A stretch of 64,000 bases of DNA from IMG/VR virus record IMGVR_UViG_3300027759_000050, positions 1 to 64,000 of that record. One strand, given 5' to 3'. The notes beneath the pieces were generated by a model. It did not search any database. It was given only the letters and a program-made list of their open reading frames with translations, and was not told where the DNA came from. The DNA comes from a virus. Positions 1-9,080 of this stretch are shown here, one piece after another (the stretch's first letter is position 1; each line of letters begins with the position of its first letter). A program made the position numbers and the translations under genes.

Positions 1-854
1 TATTGTTCTGCTTTCAACTTAGGTAGATTACCCACATCGATATAGAAAATACGGCGTTCAGGTGCTCTAGAGATACGATAGATAACTGTCGCATCTTCAA
101 TCATACGCAACTGATTTAACGGTTTGATTGCTTTGTGTAAATATGATAAGACAACAGCCCTACGAGAATCCATAAGACCAGAAACCACAGAAACCACTGA
201 ATCTGTAGTAATTCTTGTACCAACTGGGCCATAATTTGTAGAACTCCCTGTAGTTACTTTGTCGTTGTAGATATAATACTCATTCACAACATTCATAACT
301 TCTACACCGGTACGCTCATCTTTTTGTTTCTTAACTTCACGAATCTTACGCATTTTTCGTGGGTCAATATATCTTAATTCTCTAATACCTTTTGTTGGTT
401 CTTCACGGTCAACAATAATATGATAATAAAGTTTTCCGTCAATATAGTATCTACGGAATATGTCTTGTGCCATTTTCGTATAATTCAACATACGCAAAAT
501 AGTACCGAATTCGTCTTTGATAGCCTTCTTAATTTTATCAGGCTGTTCTAGGTCATCTAAGATAATCTGAATGTTTTTGCCATCATCATCTTGGCATATT
601 GCTTCATTCACAATATCATCTATTGCAGATTCAATTTCTGGTTGCATTGCCATTTCACGATAACGAGAAATTAATTCAACTTCATTCTTTGCAGTGCCAT
701 CTAAGTCAACATAAGTTCCATAATATGCGGCAGATGTAATCGTTAATGCACCATCATCATTGCTCGGAGGTGAGAATGATTGTTGAGTATCTTGTTTGTC
801 CTCATTCTCTTGACGAGATATTGTGAAGCCAAAAAGTGAAAATTTATTTGCCAT
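1..854 (-). CDS. gp20: Portal vertex protein, truncated by the window edge
   Basis: My translation from the ATG at 854 gives MANKFSLFGFTI...YREMAMQPEIESAIDDIVNEAI...IFRRYYIDGKLYYH...IRELRYIDPRKMRKIRE...IYRISRAPERRIFYIDVGNLPKLKAEQ, which are hallmark T4 gp20 motifs. It follows gp19. Not in the ORF track because it runs off the edge. Confidence 0.96.
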   Translation of the reverse strand, partial: MANKFSLFGFTISRQENEDKQDTQQSFSPPSNDDGALTITSAAYYGTYVDLDGTAKNEVELISRYREMAMQPEIESAIDDIVNEAICQDDDGKNIQIILDDLEQPDKIKKAIKDEFGTILRMLNYTKMAQDIFRRYYIDGKLYYHIIVDREEPTKGIRELRYIDPRKMRKIREVKKQKDERTGVEVMNVVNEYYIYNDKVTTGSSTNYGPVGTRITTDSVVSVVSGLMDSRRAVVLSYLHKAIKPLNQLRMIEDATVIYRISRAPERRIFYIDVGNLPKLKAEQ

Positions 855-883
855 TTATTTTTAAGTCCGTTCAAAAAATCATT

Positions 884-906
884 AAAAGAGGACCGAAGTC
901 CTCTTT
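884..906 (-). terminator. Rho-independent terminator with cUUCGg tetraloop after gp19
   Basis: Minus strand reads AAAGAGGAC-TTCG-GTCCTCTTTT: a perfect 9-bp stem, the UUCG loop typical of T4 terminators, and a U tail. Confidence 0.85.
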
Positions 907-921
907 ATATAGTAGACTAAA

Positions 922-1506
922 TTACGTTGTAATTCCTAAAGTTTGTCCGTTCTGACCTGTTGTCCAGTATTGGTACGCAAATGTAACTGAAAATTCTTCA
1001 ATTGAATCATTTGATGCCCAATCCAAATCAATTGGTGACAAATCAACAGGGAACATACCAACAAAATTATAACCTTTTAATGCACCATTTGCTGCGTTTG
1101 CAGAAGTTGGTCCAGCTTTTCCGTATTGGAAAACCTGTGCATCGGTTGTGTAATTTTGTCCTGTTTCAGAAATAGAAACACCTGGATTGCCCCTAACATT
1201 GGACTCATTGCTATTGATAGCATTCATCCAACTCTCAAAGGCGTTGCGGATCATAAAATCTTCATCGTTAATAATGGTGATTGTCCAGTCCGCGAATGTT
1301 CTGTTTCCCGCAAACTTCATTTCACGACCAAAGTAATACATAGGAACTGTACCAATTGTTGATCCAGGTAACTGTGCAGACTTTGCCATGAAAGATAGTT
1401 TGTTTCCCGTAATTCCAGGAATGTTAGACATAACAACCTGGAATAAATTAGGACGAGCGCCATCTCCTGTTAATCTTTGCGTAAAATCGCTAATTTGAAA
1501 AGCCAT
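922..1506 (-). CDS. gp19: Tail tube protein
   Basis: GARPNLF...LPGSTIG...YFGREMKFAGNRTFADWTITIINDEDF...FPVDLSPIDLDW...IEEFSVTFAYQYW; lies between sheath and portal. Confidence 0.96.
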   Translation of the reverse strand: MAFQISDFTQRLTGDGARPNLFQVVMSNIPGITGNKLSFMAKSAQLPGSTIGTVPMYYFGREMKFAGNRTFADWTITIINDEDFMIRNAFESWMNAINSNESNVRGNPGVSISETGQNYTTDAQVFQYGKAGPTSANAANGALKGYNFVGMFPVDLSPIDLDWASNDSIEEFSVTFAYQYWTTGQNGQTLGITT

Positions 1507-1528
1507 TTTTTTCTCCTATTCGTTGGTT

Positions 1529-1536
1529 TATTTATT
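1529..1536 (-). promoter_or_regulatory. T4-type late promoter box (AATAAATA) for gp19
   Basis: Near match to TATAAATA in the intergenic gap, followed by an AGGAG RBS. Confidence 0.6.
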
Positions 1537-3304
1537 ACGCTGTGGTGTTAGTAATTGTTGTAAAATTAACACCTGTGCCAACCGCAACAAAATTCAACTG
1601 GATAAAGTTAATAGAACGAGCAGGTTGAATGTAAATATCACCAACAAACTGGTTATTATTAACAACAGATGGTGTGTTATTTGTAGAATCACATACAACT
1701 TGGAATGCATTGATACCTCTTTGCGCTTGTACAGAACGAAGATAAGGAGTTACCAATGAAACAAACTGTGCTTGTGTAAACGCATCGTTAAATTCGAATA
1801 GTGAATATTTAGCAGCTCTTGCAATTGCTTGCTCAAGTACGATAAACAATCTACGAACATTGATACGGTCAAATGCAGAAGGTTGTGTTTGCATGGTCTT
1901 GTCACCAAACAGAATTGTACCTGAACCAGGGAATGAAACAACTGGGTTTACAGCAACTTGATACAATGCATCACGGTTTGCTTGAGTTGGATTCCATGCC
2001 AATTTAATGACATTTTTGATTGCACCGCGAGTATAACCAGCAGGTGAGTACCATGGACTTGTAGTTACATCGGTGTTAACACACAAACCTGCAATGTCAC
2101 CATTTAATGGAACATAAACATATTTGTTATTGTAACGGTCAAACAGATATTTCCAACCAGAATCTGCAAATGCGTATGATCCTGCTGGTCCACCAGATAA
2201 TGAGGAAAGTTCTGTCATCCAAGCTAGTACAGCTGTTTGTTCACTTCCTGAGTTATTAGCAACTGCACCTTTGTGCGGTGAAACAAACGCTACACAATCT
2301 TTACGAGTTGATGCTATGTTAATAGCTGCTGTCTGAACGGCTACATTTGTATATGGACCAGTCATCAATAATGAAATTGATGTTTGTGCAGTATCTGTGA
2401 AACTCGCCATTGCAGAAATAACATTTGCATTTGATACAGCAACATCAACACCACCAGCCAGGTTGCAACTTACTATTCCAACATTTTGAAAATTTATGTT
2501 AGCCGAAGTTTGTCCCCATGTTGTGTTTGAATTAGCATAATCTACAGGATCAACTGCATAAATATACCTTGAGTTATTGAAAATCGCATTCTTGTAGTAA
2601 TTTGACTGTCCTAATGAATCAAGAGAATCGACGGCTTTAGAAAGATATGAATAAGTTTCTAGAACTGTACCTTTTGTTCCAGAGAACAAACCACCAGTGT
2701 CAACAACTGCAACGTGAATTTGGTCATTTGCACCACCAACTTGTTTTGTATTGTAACTTGTACTTGGTAGTCCATTGAAATAACCTGCAAGAGATACATT
2801 CGCGTAGTTTGTTCCCGCAACATTGACCAATGCGATATTCCAAGAATTGAATTGTACAGTATTTGCACCAGCATCAATTACAGAAACGGTCAATGAATTA
2901 CCAAGTGCCCCTGGGTATCTTCCCATAAATGCACCATGAGCATTTGCATTGTTACCATTCAATAGTGTATATTGGAAAGCGTCTTTATTGAGAACCTGAA
3001 ACCCTGTACCACCATCACTAACAGAATTCAAGGTTCCTGTGTTAACTGCACGAACAACTTGAAGATTATTGCCGTAAGCCAAGAAAGAAGCCGCTGTCCA
3101 GAAAGATGCTTCAGTGTTGGAATCTGGGGTTGTAAAAATGTTAACAAGCGTTCTTTCACTGTCAACTGATGTAATTGTTAGTCCTGGTCCCCATTTAAAG
3201 GCTCCAGCATACGCACCGGCTGTAGTCAAAACTGAAGGAACAACTGTTGTTAAGTTGGTTTCGGTTGTAATTACGCCTGGAGATAATTGAGCTATTTGCG
3301 CCAT
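1535..3304 (-). CDS. gp18: Tail sheath protein
   Basis: LSPGV...F.WGP N-terminus; WYSPAG..RG, GDKT, FDRINVRRLF, FEFND.FT, CD.TNNTP, IYIQPARSINFIQLNFVA. Confidence 0.97.
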   Translation of the reverse strand: MAQIAQLSPGVITTETNLTTVVPSVLTTAGAYAGAFKWGPGLTITSVDSERTLVNIFTTPDSNTEASFWTAASFLAYGNNLQVVRAVNTGTLNSVSDGGTGFQVLNKDAFQYTLLNGNNANAHGAFMGRYPGALGNSLTVSVIDAGANTVQFNSWNIALVNVAGTNYANVSLAGYFNGLPSTSYNTKQVGGANDQIHVAVVDTGGLFSGTKGTVLETYSYLSKAVDSLDSLGQSNYYKNAIFNNSRYIYAVDPVDYANSNTTWGQTSANINFQNVGIVSCNLAGGVDVAVSNANVISAMASFTDTAQTSISLLMTGPYTNVAVQTAAINIASTRKDCVAFVSPHKGAVANNSGSEQTAVLAWMTELSSLSGGPAGSYAFADSGWKYLFDRYNNKYVYVPLNGDIAGLCVNTDVTTSPWYSPAGYTRGAIKNVIKLAWNPTQANRDALYQVAVNPVVSFPGSGTILFGDKTMQTQPSAFDRINVRRLFIVLEQAIARAAKYSLFEFNDAFTQAQFVSLVTPYLRSVQAQRGINAFQVVCDSTNNTPSVVNNNQFVGDIYIQPARSINFIQLNFVAVGTGVNFTTITNTTA

Positions 3305-3357
3305 TTGTTTCTTCTCCTTGATTTTATTCTGTTAGTTGGCAGTCTATACCAATGAAT

Positions 3358-3365
3358 TATTTATG
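3358..3365 (-). promoter_or_regulatory. Late promoter box (CATAAATA) for gp18
   Basis: Intergenic TAAATA motif about 55 nt upstream of the gp18 ATG; AGGAG RBS present. Confidence 0.6.
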
Positions 3366-3376
3366 AAACATTATTT

Positions 3377-5059
3377 TTACATATTTCTAATCATATCTCG
3401 CACGAAGGAACCATAGGTATCTCCTCCAACGCTAGAATCCCACAAATCACCACCAATCAATTCAAGTTCCGTTTGTCTACCGTCGTCCATTATCATTTCT
3501 GGTAGACCCTCATCGTCAACTTGATTCATTCTTTCTAATTGAATCTGTTTACGAATGTCGTGGCTTACAATTTCTTTGAAATAGGTTTGAGTAGTCAACC
3601 ATGCAAAAATCACTAAAGACATAACTAAGTCATCATTTGAACCTTCTTCCGCACAGAAGGAGTTTTTCTCTGCAACAAAAGTGGTCAATTCGGAAATGGT
3701 ATCAAAATCATTGATTAAAAGTTTATCACCCTCAATCAACATTTTAAGATTAGAACAACCAATTCGTTTGACTTGTGGTGACATTTTCAGACCTAACTGG
3801 ATACCTCTTGCAAATCCAGCCGACAGTTGTTGTGGTTTCTTATTGCCTGTGAACACTTTCCAAAGATTTTCATATTCCAAATCATTGTGTAAAGTTTCAG
3901 CCACCTGTGGTGTGTTGTTAATCTCGACAAGAACATACGCATCATTGTACAATTTTGCGGTATTATAGATTACAGTTGGAAATAACACAGGTGAAATAGA
4001 TGAACTGTGATATGTTGCAACCTGTTTATATGGTGTATGTGAAATGTCCATTACATTAAATGCCGAACAGTCCATGTTTCTACCTTCAGAAACGTCAACT
4101 GTTATTGCATACAGATGGTCTTTTTGATTGTCTCCGTCGGACTCTTTGATGGGTTGTTCGTAGATTTTAACCTTGTCGTGTTCATAGATAGCATCCATGT
4201 AAGCCAATTGTTGGAGTTTTTCACCTGAGATAAGAGTATTGGTAGAACCCAAGAACTCACATTCAAACTCTTGCCTGAACTGTTCAAGTGAGGTATTTTT
4301 GATAGTTTCTTCTTTCCACTTTTCATCACGACCTGGAACCATGGACCAATGAATAGAGAAAGTCTTGTATCCATTCTTCTTACCAATTGCATCCATCCAC
4401 AATTTGTAGAATAGATTCATGCCGTTTGGTGTAGATACAATAATAATCTTGGTAGATTTACCAGATGAGATAACAGGATAAACTGAGTTAAAGAATTCGT
4501 TTGCGATATTTGCAGGAACGAAAGCAAATTCATCTAAGAATACTACATTGAAAGAACCTCCACGAACTGCGGATGATGAGGTTGATGCGGCAATAATCTT
4601 AGAACCATTTTCTAATTCAACATTACCTTTGTTCCAAGTAATGATACCTTGTTGCAACCACATTGGAAGGTTCTCATAAGCCAATTGATACTTAGCCAGA
4701 ATGTCTCTTGCAAGCGATCCTTTGTTTGCCAGGACTGCAATGTTCTGTGAGTCTGTGAACAGAGTCAACCAAAGAAGATATGCTACCGAGGTTGTTGTTT
4801 TGCCAACCTGACGAGGACATTTTGTAATGGCAAATCGATTCTCATGGTATAAACGAATCATGTCTTTCTGGAATGGCCACATATTGAACGGCATTAAACC
4901 TTGGTCTACGTTGACAATCTTAATGTAGGTTTCTGCAAAGTAAACTGGATCCTTTGCACATTTCATGTATTCTTCTACTTGCTCTTTGGAGAACTTGATT
5001 TGCACTCCTGCTTTTTTTAGAAGTGGATTATCGCGGTATGACGATTTAGGATCCAGCAT
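3377..5059 (-). CDS. gp17: Terminase large subunit
   Basis: Walker A PRQVGKTT, Walker B VFLDEFAF, IIVSTPNG, nuclease motifs TVDVSEG and DDLVMSL. Confidence 0.97.
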   Translation of the reverse strand: MLDPKSSYRDNPLLKKAGVQIKFSKEQVEEYMKCAKDPVYFAETYIKIVNVDQGLMPFNMWPFQKDMIRLYHENRFAITKCPRQVGKTTTSVAYLLWLTLFTDSQNIAVLANKGSLARDILAKYQLAYENLPMWLQQGIITWNKGNVELENGSKIIAASTSSSAVRGGSFNVVFLDEFAFVPANIANEFFNSVYPVISSGKSTKIIIVSTPNGMNLFYKLWMDAIGKKNGYKTFSIHWSMVPGRDEKWKEETIKNTSLEQFRQEFECEFLGSTNTLISGEKLQQLAYMDAIYEHDKVKIYEQPIKESDGDNQKDHLYAITVDVSEGRNMDCSAFNVMDISHTPYKQVATYHSSSISPVLFPTVIYNTAKLYNDAYVLVEINNTPQVAETLHNDLEYENLWKVFTGNKKPQQLSAGFARGIQLGLKMSPQVKRIGCSNLKMLIEGDKLLINDFDTISELTTFVAEKNSFCAEEGSNDDLVMSLVIFAWLTTQTYFKEIVSHDIRKQIQLERMNQVDDEGLPEMIMDDGRQTELELIGGDLWDSSVGGDTYGSFVRDMIRNM

Positions 5060-5061
5060 TT

Positions 5062-5478
5062 TTATTCTTTGCCCTTAATTAATTTGTTGAGTTCAGAAGT
5101 TGAACCAACAAATATGGCTTTATCTATATGTGTTGCACCTGATGGTTGATTTTGTTTATTCATTTCTCGCATCTGCTTCTGTACTGCAAGAAGTTCTTTG
5201 TTTGCATCTACAACATTTTTAAGTAGAGTTCCGTACACTTCAAATGCTCTTGGATGTTGACCTGCTTTTGCAATATTTAAAATTTCTTCCATTGCATCTT
5301 TGCCTTGGTCAATTAGGTCTTGAAGATTGGTTTTAGTCTGCTCATATGCATCTGTTAAATCTTCTTCTAAATTAGAATCCAATATTGAAATTGGTGTTTC
5401 TTCTTTTGGAACAATTGGTGTTTCTGGTTTCGGAGCAATATCAAATATTTCTTCCATGTTTTTTTCAAATGTGTTCAT
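5062..5478 (-). CDS. gp16: Terminase small subunit
   Basis: HPRAFEV motif and C-terminal IFVGSTSEL; directly upstream of gp17. Confidence 0.9.
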   Translation of the reverse strand: MNTFEKNMEEIFDIAPKPETPIVPKEETPISILDSNLEEDLTDAYEQTKTNLQDLIDQGKDAMEEILNIAKAGQHPRAFEVYGTLLKNVVDANKELLAVQKQMREMNKQNQPSGATHIDKAIFVGSTSELNKLIKGKE

Positions 5479-5505
5479 ATTGTTTTCTCATCAAAATTAA
5501 TGGTT

Positions 5506-6375
5506 TTAGAATGATATTGACCCCGAACCTGAAGTGAAAGTGTAAACTCTGTAACCTGGACGGCTTGTGGTACTAACAGAATATGTCAATCCAGTTATTG
5601 TTGGTAAAGCCGGTAATGTTGCCATGTAAGCAATAATGACAACACCTGATCCTCCTGCACCGCCAGCACCGTTAGATGTTCTGCCGCCACCGCCGCCACC
5701 GCCTTTGTTTGTTGCACCCGCCGCAACAACTGTCGTTTGGTCACCGCCTCGGCCGCCGGTACCATTTACACTACCTAAACCACCAGCAGAACCATTGGCG
5801 CCGCCACCTCCGCCGCCAGCATACCATACTAATGATCCTGTTATTGTTGAAGAAGCATCTGGGCCACCTCTTCCCGATCCGGTGTAAGTTGCATTAAAAC
5901 CAACACCACCGGCGCCGCCGCCGCCTGCCGCGAAAGCTGTTCCTGAACCTTGATTTAAACCTGAACCACCATTATATCCCTGTGAACCTAAACCATAATT
6001 GTTTATTAAAGTTCCTGGACTGGCTGTTCCGTTTGCTGCGCCACCACCACCGCCACCGGAACCTCCATTCAAACCTGCGAAGCCGGTTCCTCCACTATTA
6101 TAACCACCGCCGCCGCCACCTAAAGCGGTAAATGAACCTAAGGTTGATGGATTACCTGTTACTCCGAAATTTGATCCTGCAGCACCTCCGGTACCAATAC
6201 TTAATGAAATGCTTCCTAACGGTTTACCTATAAATCCTGTTAAGAAACCGCCTCCACCGCCACCTCCACCCCAGTTAAGGCCGCCACCTCCACCGCCACC
6301 AACAATCAAATATTGAATTGATTCGGGAGATATTGTTATTCCATTTCCAATTGTTATGCCTGGTCCTATTATCAT
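5506..6375 (-). CDS. Glycine-rich virion accessory protein
   Basis: YLIVGGGGGGG, many poly-Gly runs, GGSGVVII and RVYTFTSGSGSISF ends typical of phage Gly-rich (polyglycine-II) domains; overlaps the gp15 stop (ATGA-like coupling). Confidence 0.75.
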   Translation of the reverse strand: MIIGPGITIGNGITISPESIQYLIVGGGGGGGLNWGGGGGGGGFLTGFIGKPLGSISLSIGTGGAAGSNFGVTGNPSTLGSFTALGGGGGGYNSGGTGFAGLNGGSGGGGGGAANGTASPGTLINNYGLGSQGYNGGSGLNQGSGTAFAAGGGGAGGVGFNATYTGSGRGGPDASSTITGSLVWYAGGGGGGANGSAGGLGSVNGTGGRGGDQTTVVAAGATNKGGGGGGGRTSNGAGGAGGSGVVIIAYMATLPALPTITGLTYSVSTTSRPGYRVYTFTSGSGSISF

Positions 6376-7358
6376 AAATTTTCCTGTATAACAGTGGTAT
6401 ATGTATAATTTGAATTTGCGTTTGCTGTTGTTGGATTTGGTGTTATTGTTATTGTTGCATAATTTTTCTGTACAATATTATATGAATTAAACACCCATTT
6501 TGCATTCGATGTTCCACCAATAAGTGGTGAATTATTTGATACAAAATTCCCCGAGATGTTTGTTAGTGTCAATTGATTGTTCGCAGGCAACCAAGCAACA
6601 ACCTTACCGGATGCTGTTGAAAGGGAAGGATTCATTCCCTGATAAACTAATTCGTTGAGTAAGTAACTACCATTTCCACCAGAATTCATGTTGAAAACAA
6701 TATTTTGGTCTTCTGGAATATTATTGAGAATGTTTGTGATAGATGTTTTTATCAAACCAGCAGTAGATGTTGCACCAAATATGAAACCTTTGACAGTGAA
6801 ATTCAATGTCCAAATAACAGACCTAGTGTCTGATGTAAAATCACCTTCATATGTTACTTCATATTTTGTGTCGTTCAATATTACAGGCACTTCTTTGACT
6901 ATTCCCATTTCAGGAATCATATTAACTTTAATTGTATAGTCTGGTGCAAAGTATGGTAAAATATGTTCTATGATTTGATTACCATCTTCAATGTTTCTTA
7001 CATAAAGATATAAAGAAAAATCAAAATTGTAAGGAACAGGTACATATTGGGAAGATGTTGTATTTCCATTTTGGTTAAAATGTTTGATATTTGTCATCTG
7101 TTTTCTAGATGAATCATATTCTATGCCATTCAACTCATATGACATCCTAGGCAAAGTCATCATAACCTTTTTGTCAAGGTTTGGGTCACCTTGTATACGC
7201 ATAACATAAAGTTCTTTGGCTGCATAATCAATTGGAACAATGAATCTTTCTTGTTCCGTATCATCAGAATTATAACGAACCAATGTTATGTTATTGAACA
7301 AATCACCAAAGGCGACTGTTATTTTCCTTATCATTCTGTTGTAAAATGTACTAGCCAT
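6372..7358 (-). CDS. gp15: Tail sheath stabilizer / tail terminator
   Basis: FYNRMIRK..VAFG.LFNNI, TLPRMSYE, VPVPYN..F.L, QIIEHILPYF.P, WTLNFTVKG. Confidence 0.93.
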   Translation of the reverse strand: MASTFYNRMIRKITVAFGDLFNNITLVRYNSDDTEQERFIVPIDYAAKELYVMRIQGDPNLDKKVMMTLPRMSYELNGIEYDSSRKQMTNIKHFNQNGNTTSSQYVPVPYNFDFSLYLYVRNIEDGNQIIEHILPYFAPDYTIKVNMIPEMGIVKEVPVILNDTKYEVTYEGDFTSDTRSVIWTLNFTVKGFIFGATSTAGLIKTSITNILNNIPEDQNIVFNMNSGGNGSYLLNELVYQGMNPSLSTASGKVVAWLPANNQLTLTNISGNFVSNNSPLIGGTSNAKWVFNSYNIVQKNYATITITPNPTTANANSNYTYTTVIQENL

Positions 7359-8260
7359 TATAATCCCCCAATCGGATTAGTTTCTGTAGTATTTACATAT
7401 GTTTCAGAATCGGTTTCAATTAACTTATTTGCATATGGTTCTAGATGACTTGGGTTCTCTAATGGATCAGTTGGTAAACCGTTGAAATAGTAATAAGCTT
7501 TACTATTCACACCGATAACGGGAGAAATATCATTTACCAAAAATTCACCCCAAATATTGGTAATTGATAGTATTCCTGTTGTTGTGGACCAAGAAGAAAT
7601 TGTACCTTTGGCGTGTGCATTTCCGAGTGTATTATCTATAGATTGATAAACTTCTTCTTTAATGATATATATTCCTAAACCTAAATTTTGATTCAAGTTC
7701 AGATGTAAGGTGTATGCGGAATCTGTAGACGCAATATCTATGTCTGCCATACCTGTAGAAATAACTTCTTGTGAGTATTTGAATTTTTCCATTTCTAGTT
7801 CATAGTAGTATGGATTTTTTCTTCCTAGGGTAAAACCGTCTTTATTTTGGTCAACATACTTAATCTCATACAACTCACCGCCGCCGTTTAGGAATGGAAC
7901 ATATACCAAATCACCCTCTAACGGTCTTAGATATGTTGTTTGCGGTGTTCTCTGATAAAAAGCTTTGCGAGAAACTAGAACGTGTACTTGGTTGCGAATC
8001 TCTAAACCAAATTTAGAAAAGAAATCTTTTTGACCTTCATGACCCATAACACTAGATAGATACATTTCAACAGGAAAAGCCGATGTGAATTTCTTTACAG
8101 GATCTTCACCATACAATAAATCTCTGGCAATTGCATTATTATTGGGAATATAATACGCATCAAACCCTTGAATCTTAATTGATTCTGAAATCAAATCATC
8201 AACGAGCCTTTGTTCGTTGTATTTGGCTTTATAGTTATTGAAATAATTACTTGTTGCCAT
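7358..8260 (-). CDS. gp14: Neck protein
   Basis: EQRLVDDLISESIKIQG, YGED...F, FSKFGLEIR, RPLEGDLVY.P. Confidence 0.93.
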   Translation of the reverse strand: MATSNYFNNYKAKYNEQRLVDDLISESIKIQGFDAYYIPNNNAIARDLLYGEDPVKKFTSAFPVEMYLSSVMGHEGQKDFFSKFGLEIRNQVHVLVSRKAFYQRTPQTTYLRPLEGDLVYVPFLNGGGELYEIKYVDQNKDGFTLGRKNPYYYELEMEKFKYSQEVISTGMADIDIASTDSAYTLHLNLNQNLGLGIYIIKEEVYQSIDNTLGNAHAKGTISSWSTTTGILSITNIWGEFLVNDISPVIGVNSKAYYYFNGLPTDPLENPSHLEPYANKLIETDSETYVNTTETNPIGGL

Positions 8261-8261
8261 A

Positions 8262-9035
8262 TTAGCTCATGAACCATTCTAGTGCGCCGCCGTAATTGTT
8301 TTCCATTTCATCATGCAGTTGTTTGATTTCTTCAACAGCTTCATCAAACACTTCTTTGCCGTTTAATGTTATTCCACCTGGAAGTTGAATGCCACCAAAT
8401 TTCTTCATGTTCTCACCCCAATTTTTCTTAATTAGGGCGGTAGCATAAAGTTTTAGGAAACGGTCTTGCCAAATATTGGGATATGATTCTGGGTTAATAC
8501 CACCATAAGCTTCAGCCACAACTATTGTACCAACAGGAGCTTCTTGGTCACCCCAAGCCCAATCGATATGTAGTCTTTGTGTTACTCTATTCCAACGAAT
8601 AGGAACTTCACCTGTGAACATTATCTCTAAGGAACGAAGATGTTGTTGAGTTAGAACATAATTGACGTAGGACGCTGAGGTGAAGTCATACAGTTCATTT
8701 AGGCGAAGTTGGTATCTCAAGTCAAACATGTTAACATTGGCCTGAGAATCATTCACTGGAAATATACGAGAAATGCCAACAATCTGTATCGCATTGTTGC
8801 TTTCATCCAAAACTCCTGCGGCTGACAAATACTTGTTATCAATATCTTCTTGAGTTACAGAATGAATCCAATAGAATTTTTGAGTACCATCAAAATGGTA
8901 ATCTTGCCAATATTGAATTGCATCGTCAAGCCTATCTTCAACTTGGTCATCATCCATATTGATGTCAATAACAGGCGCACCTAATCTACGAAGGCAGTAA
9001 TCTTTGAATTCTTGTCTATTGTTAATTGTTGGCAT
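8262..9035 (-). CDS. gp13: Neck protein
   Basis: YCLRRLGAPVIDIN..DDQVEDR, DYHFDG, YATALIK..WG.N..KFGGIQLPGGITLNG. Confidence 0.95.
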   Translation of the reverse strand: MPTINNRQEFKDYCLRRLGAPVIDINMDDDQVEDRLDDAIQYWQDYHFDGTQKFYWIHSVTQEDIDNKYLSAAGVLDESNNAIQIVGISRIFPVNDSQANVNMFDLRYQLRLNELYDFTSASYVNYVLTQQHLRSLEIMFTGEVPIRWNRVTQRLHIDWAWGDQEAPVGTIVVAEAYGGINPESYPNIWQDRFLKLYATALIKKNWGENMKKFGGIQLPGGITLNGKEVFDEAVEEIKQLHDEMENNYGGALEWFMS

Positions 9036-9055
9036 GAGAAACTCCTATTATCTTC

Positions 9056-9063
9056 TATTTATC
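9056..9063 (-). promoter_or_regulatory. Late promoter box (GATAAATA) for the gp13-gp17 block
   Basis: TAAATA followed by AGGAG RBS and ATG. Confidence 0.6.
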
Positions 9064-9080
9064 TAACATAAAATGTATCA

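Noticed and set aside
3377-5059. Intron or intein in terminase or other core genes
   Set aside because: Lengths and motif spacing are normal; no homing-endonuclease or splice motifs seen
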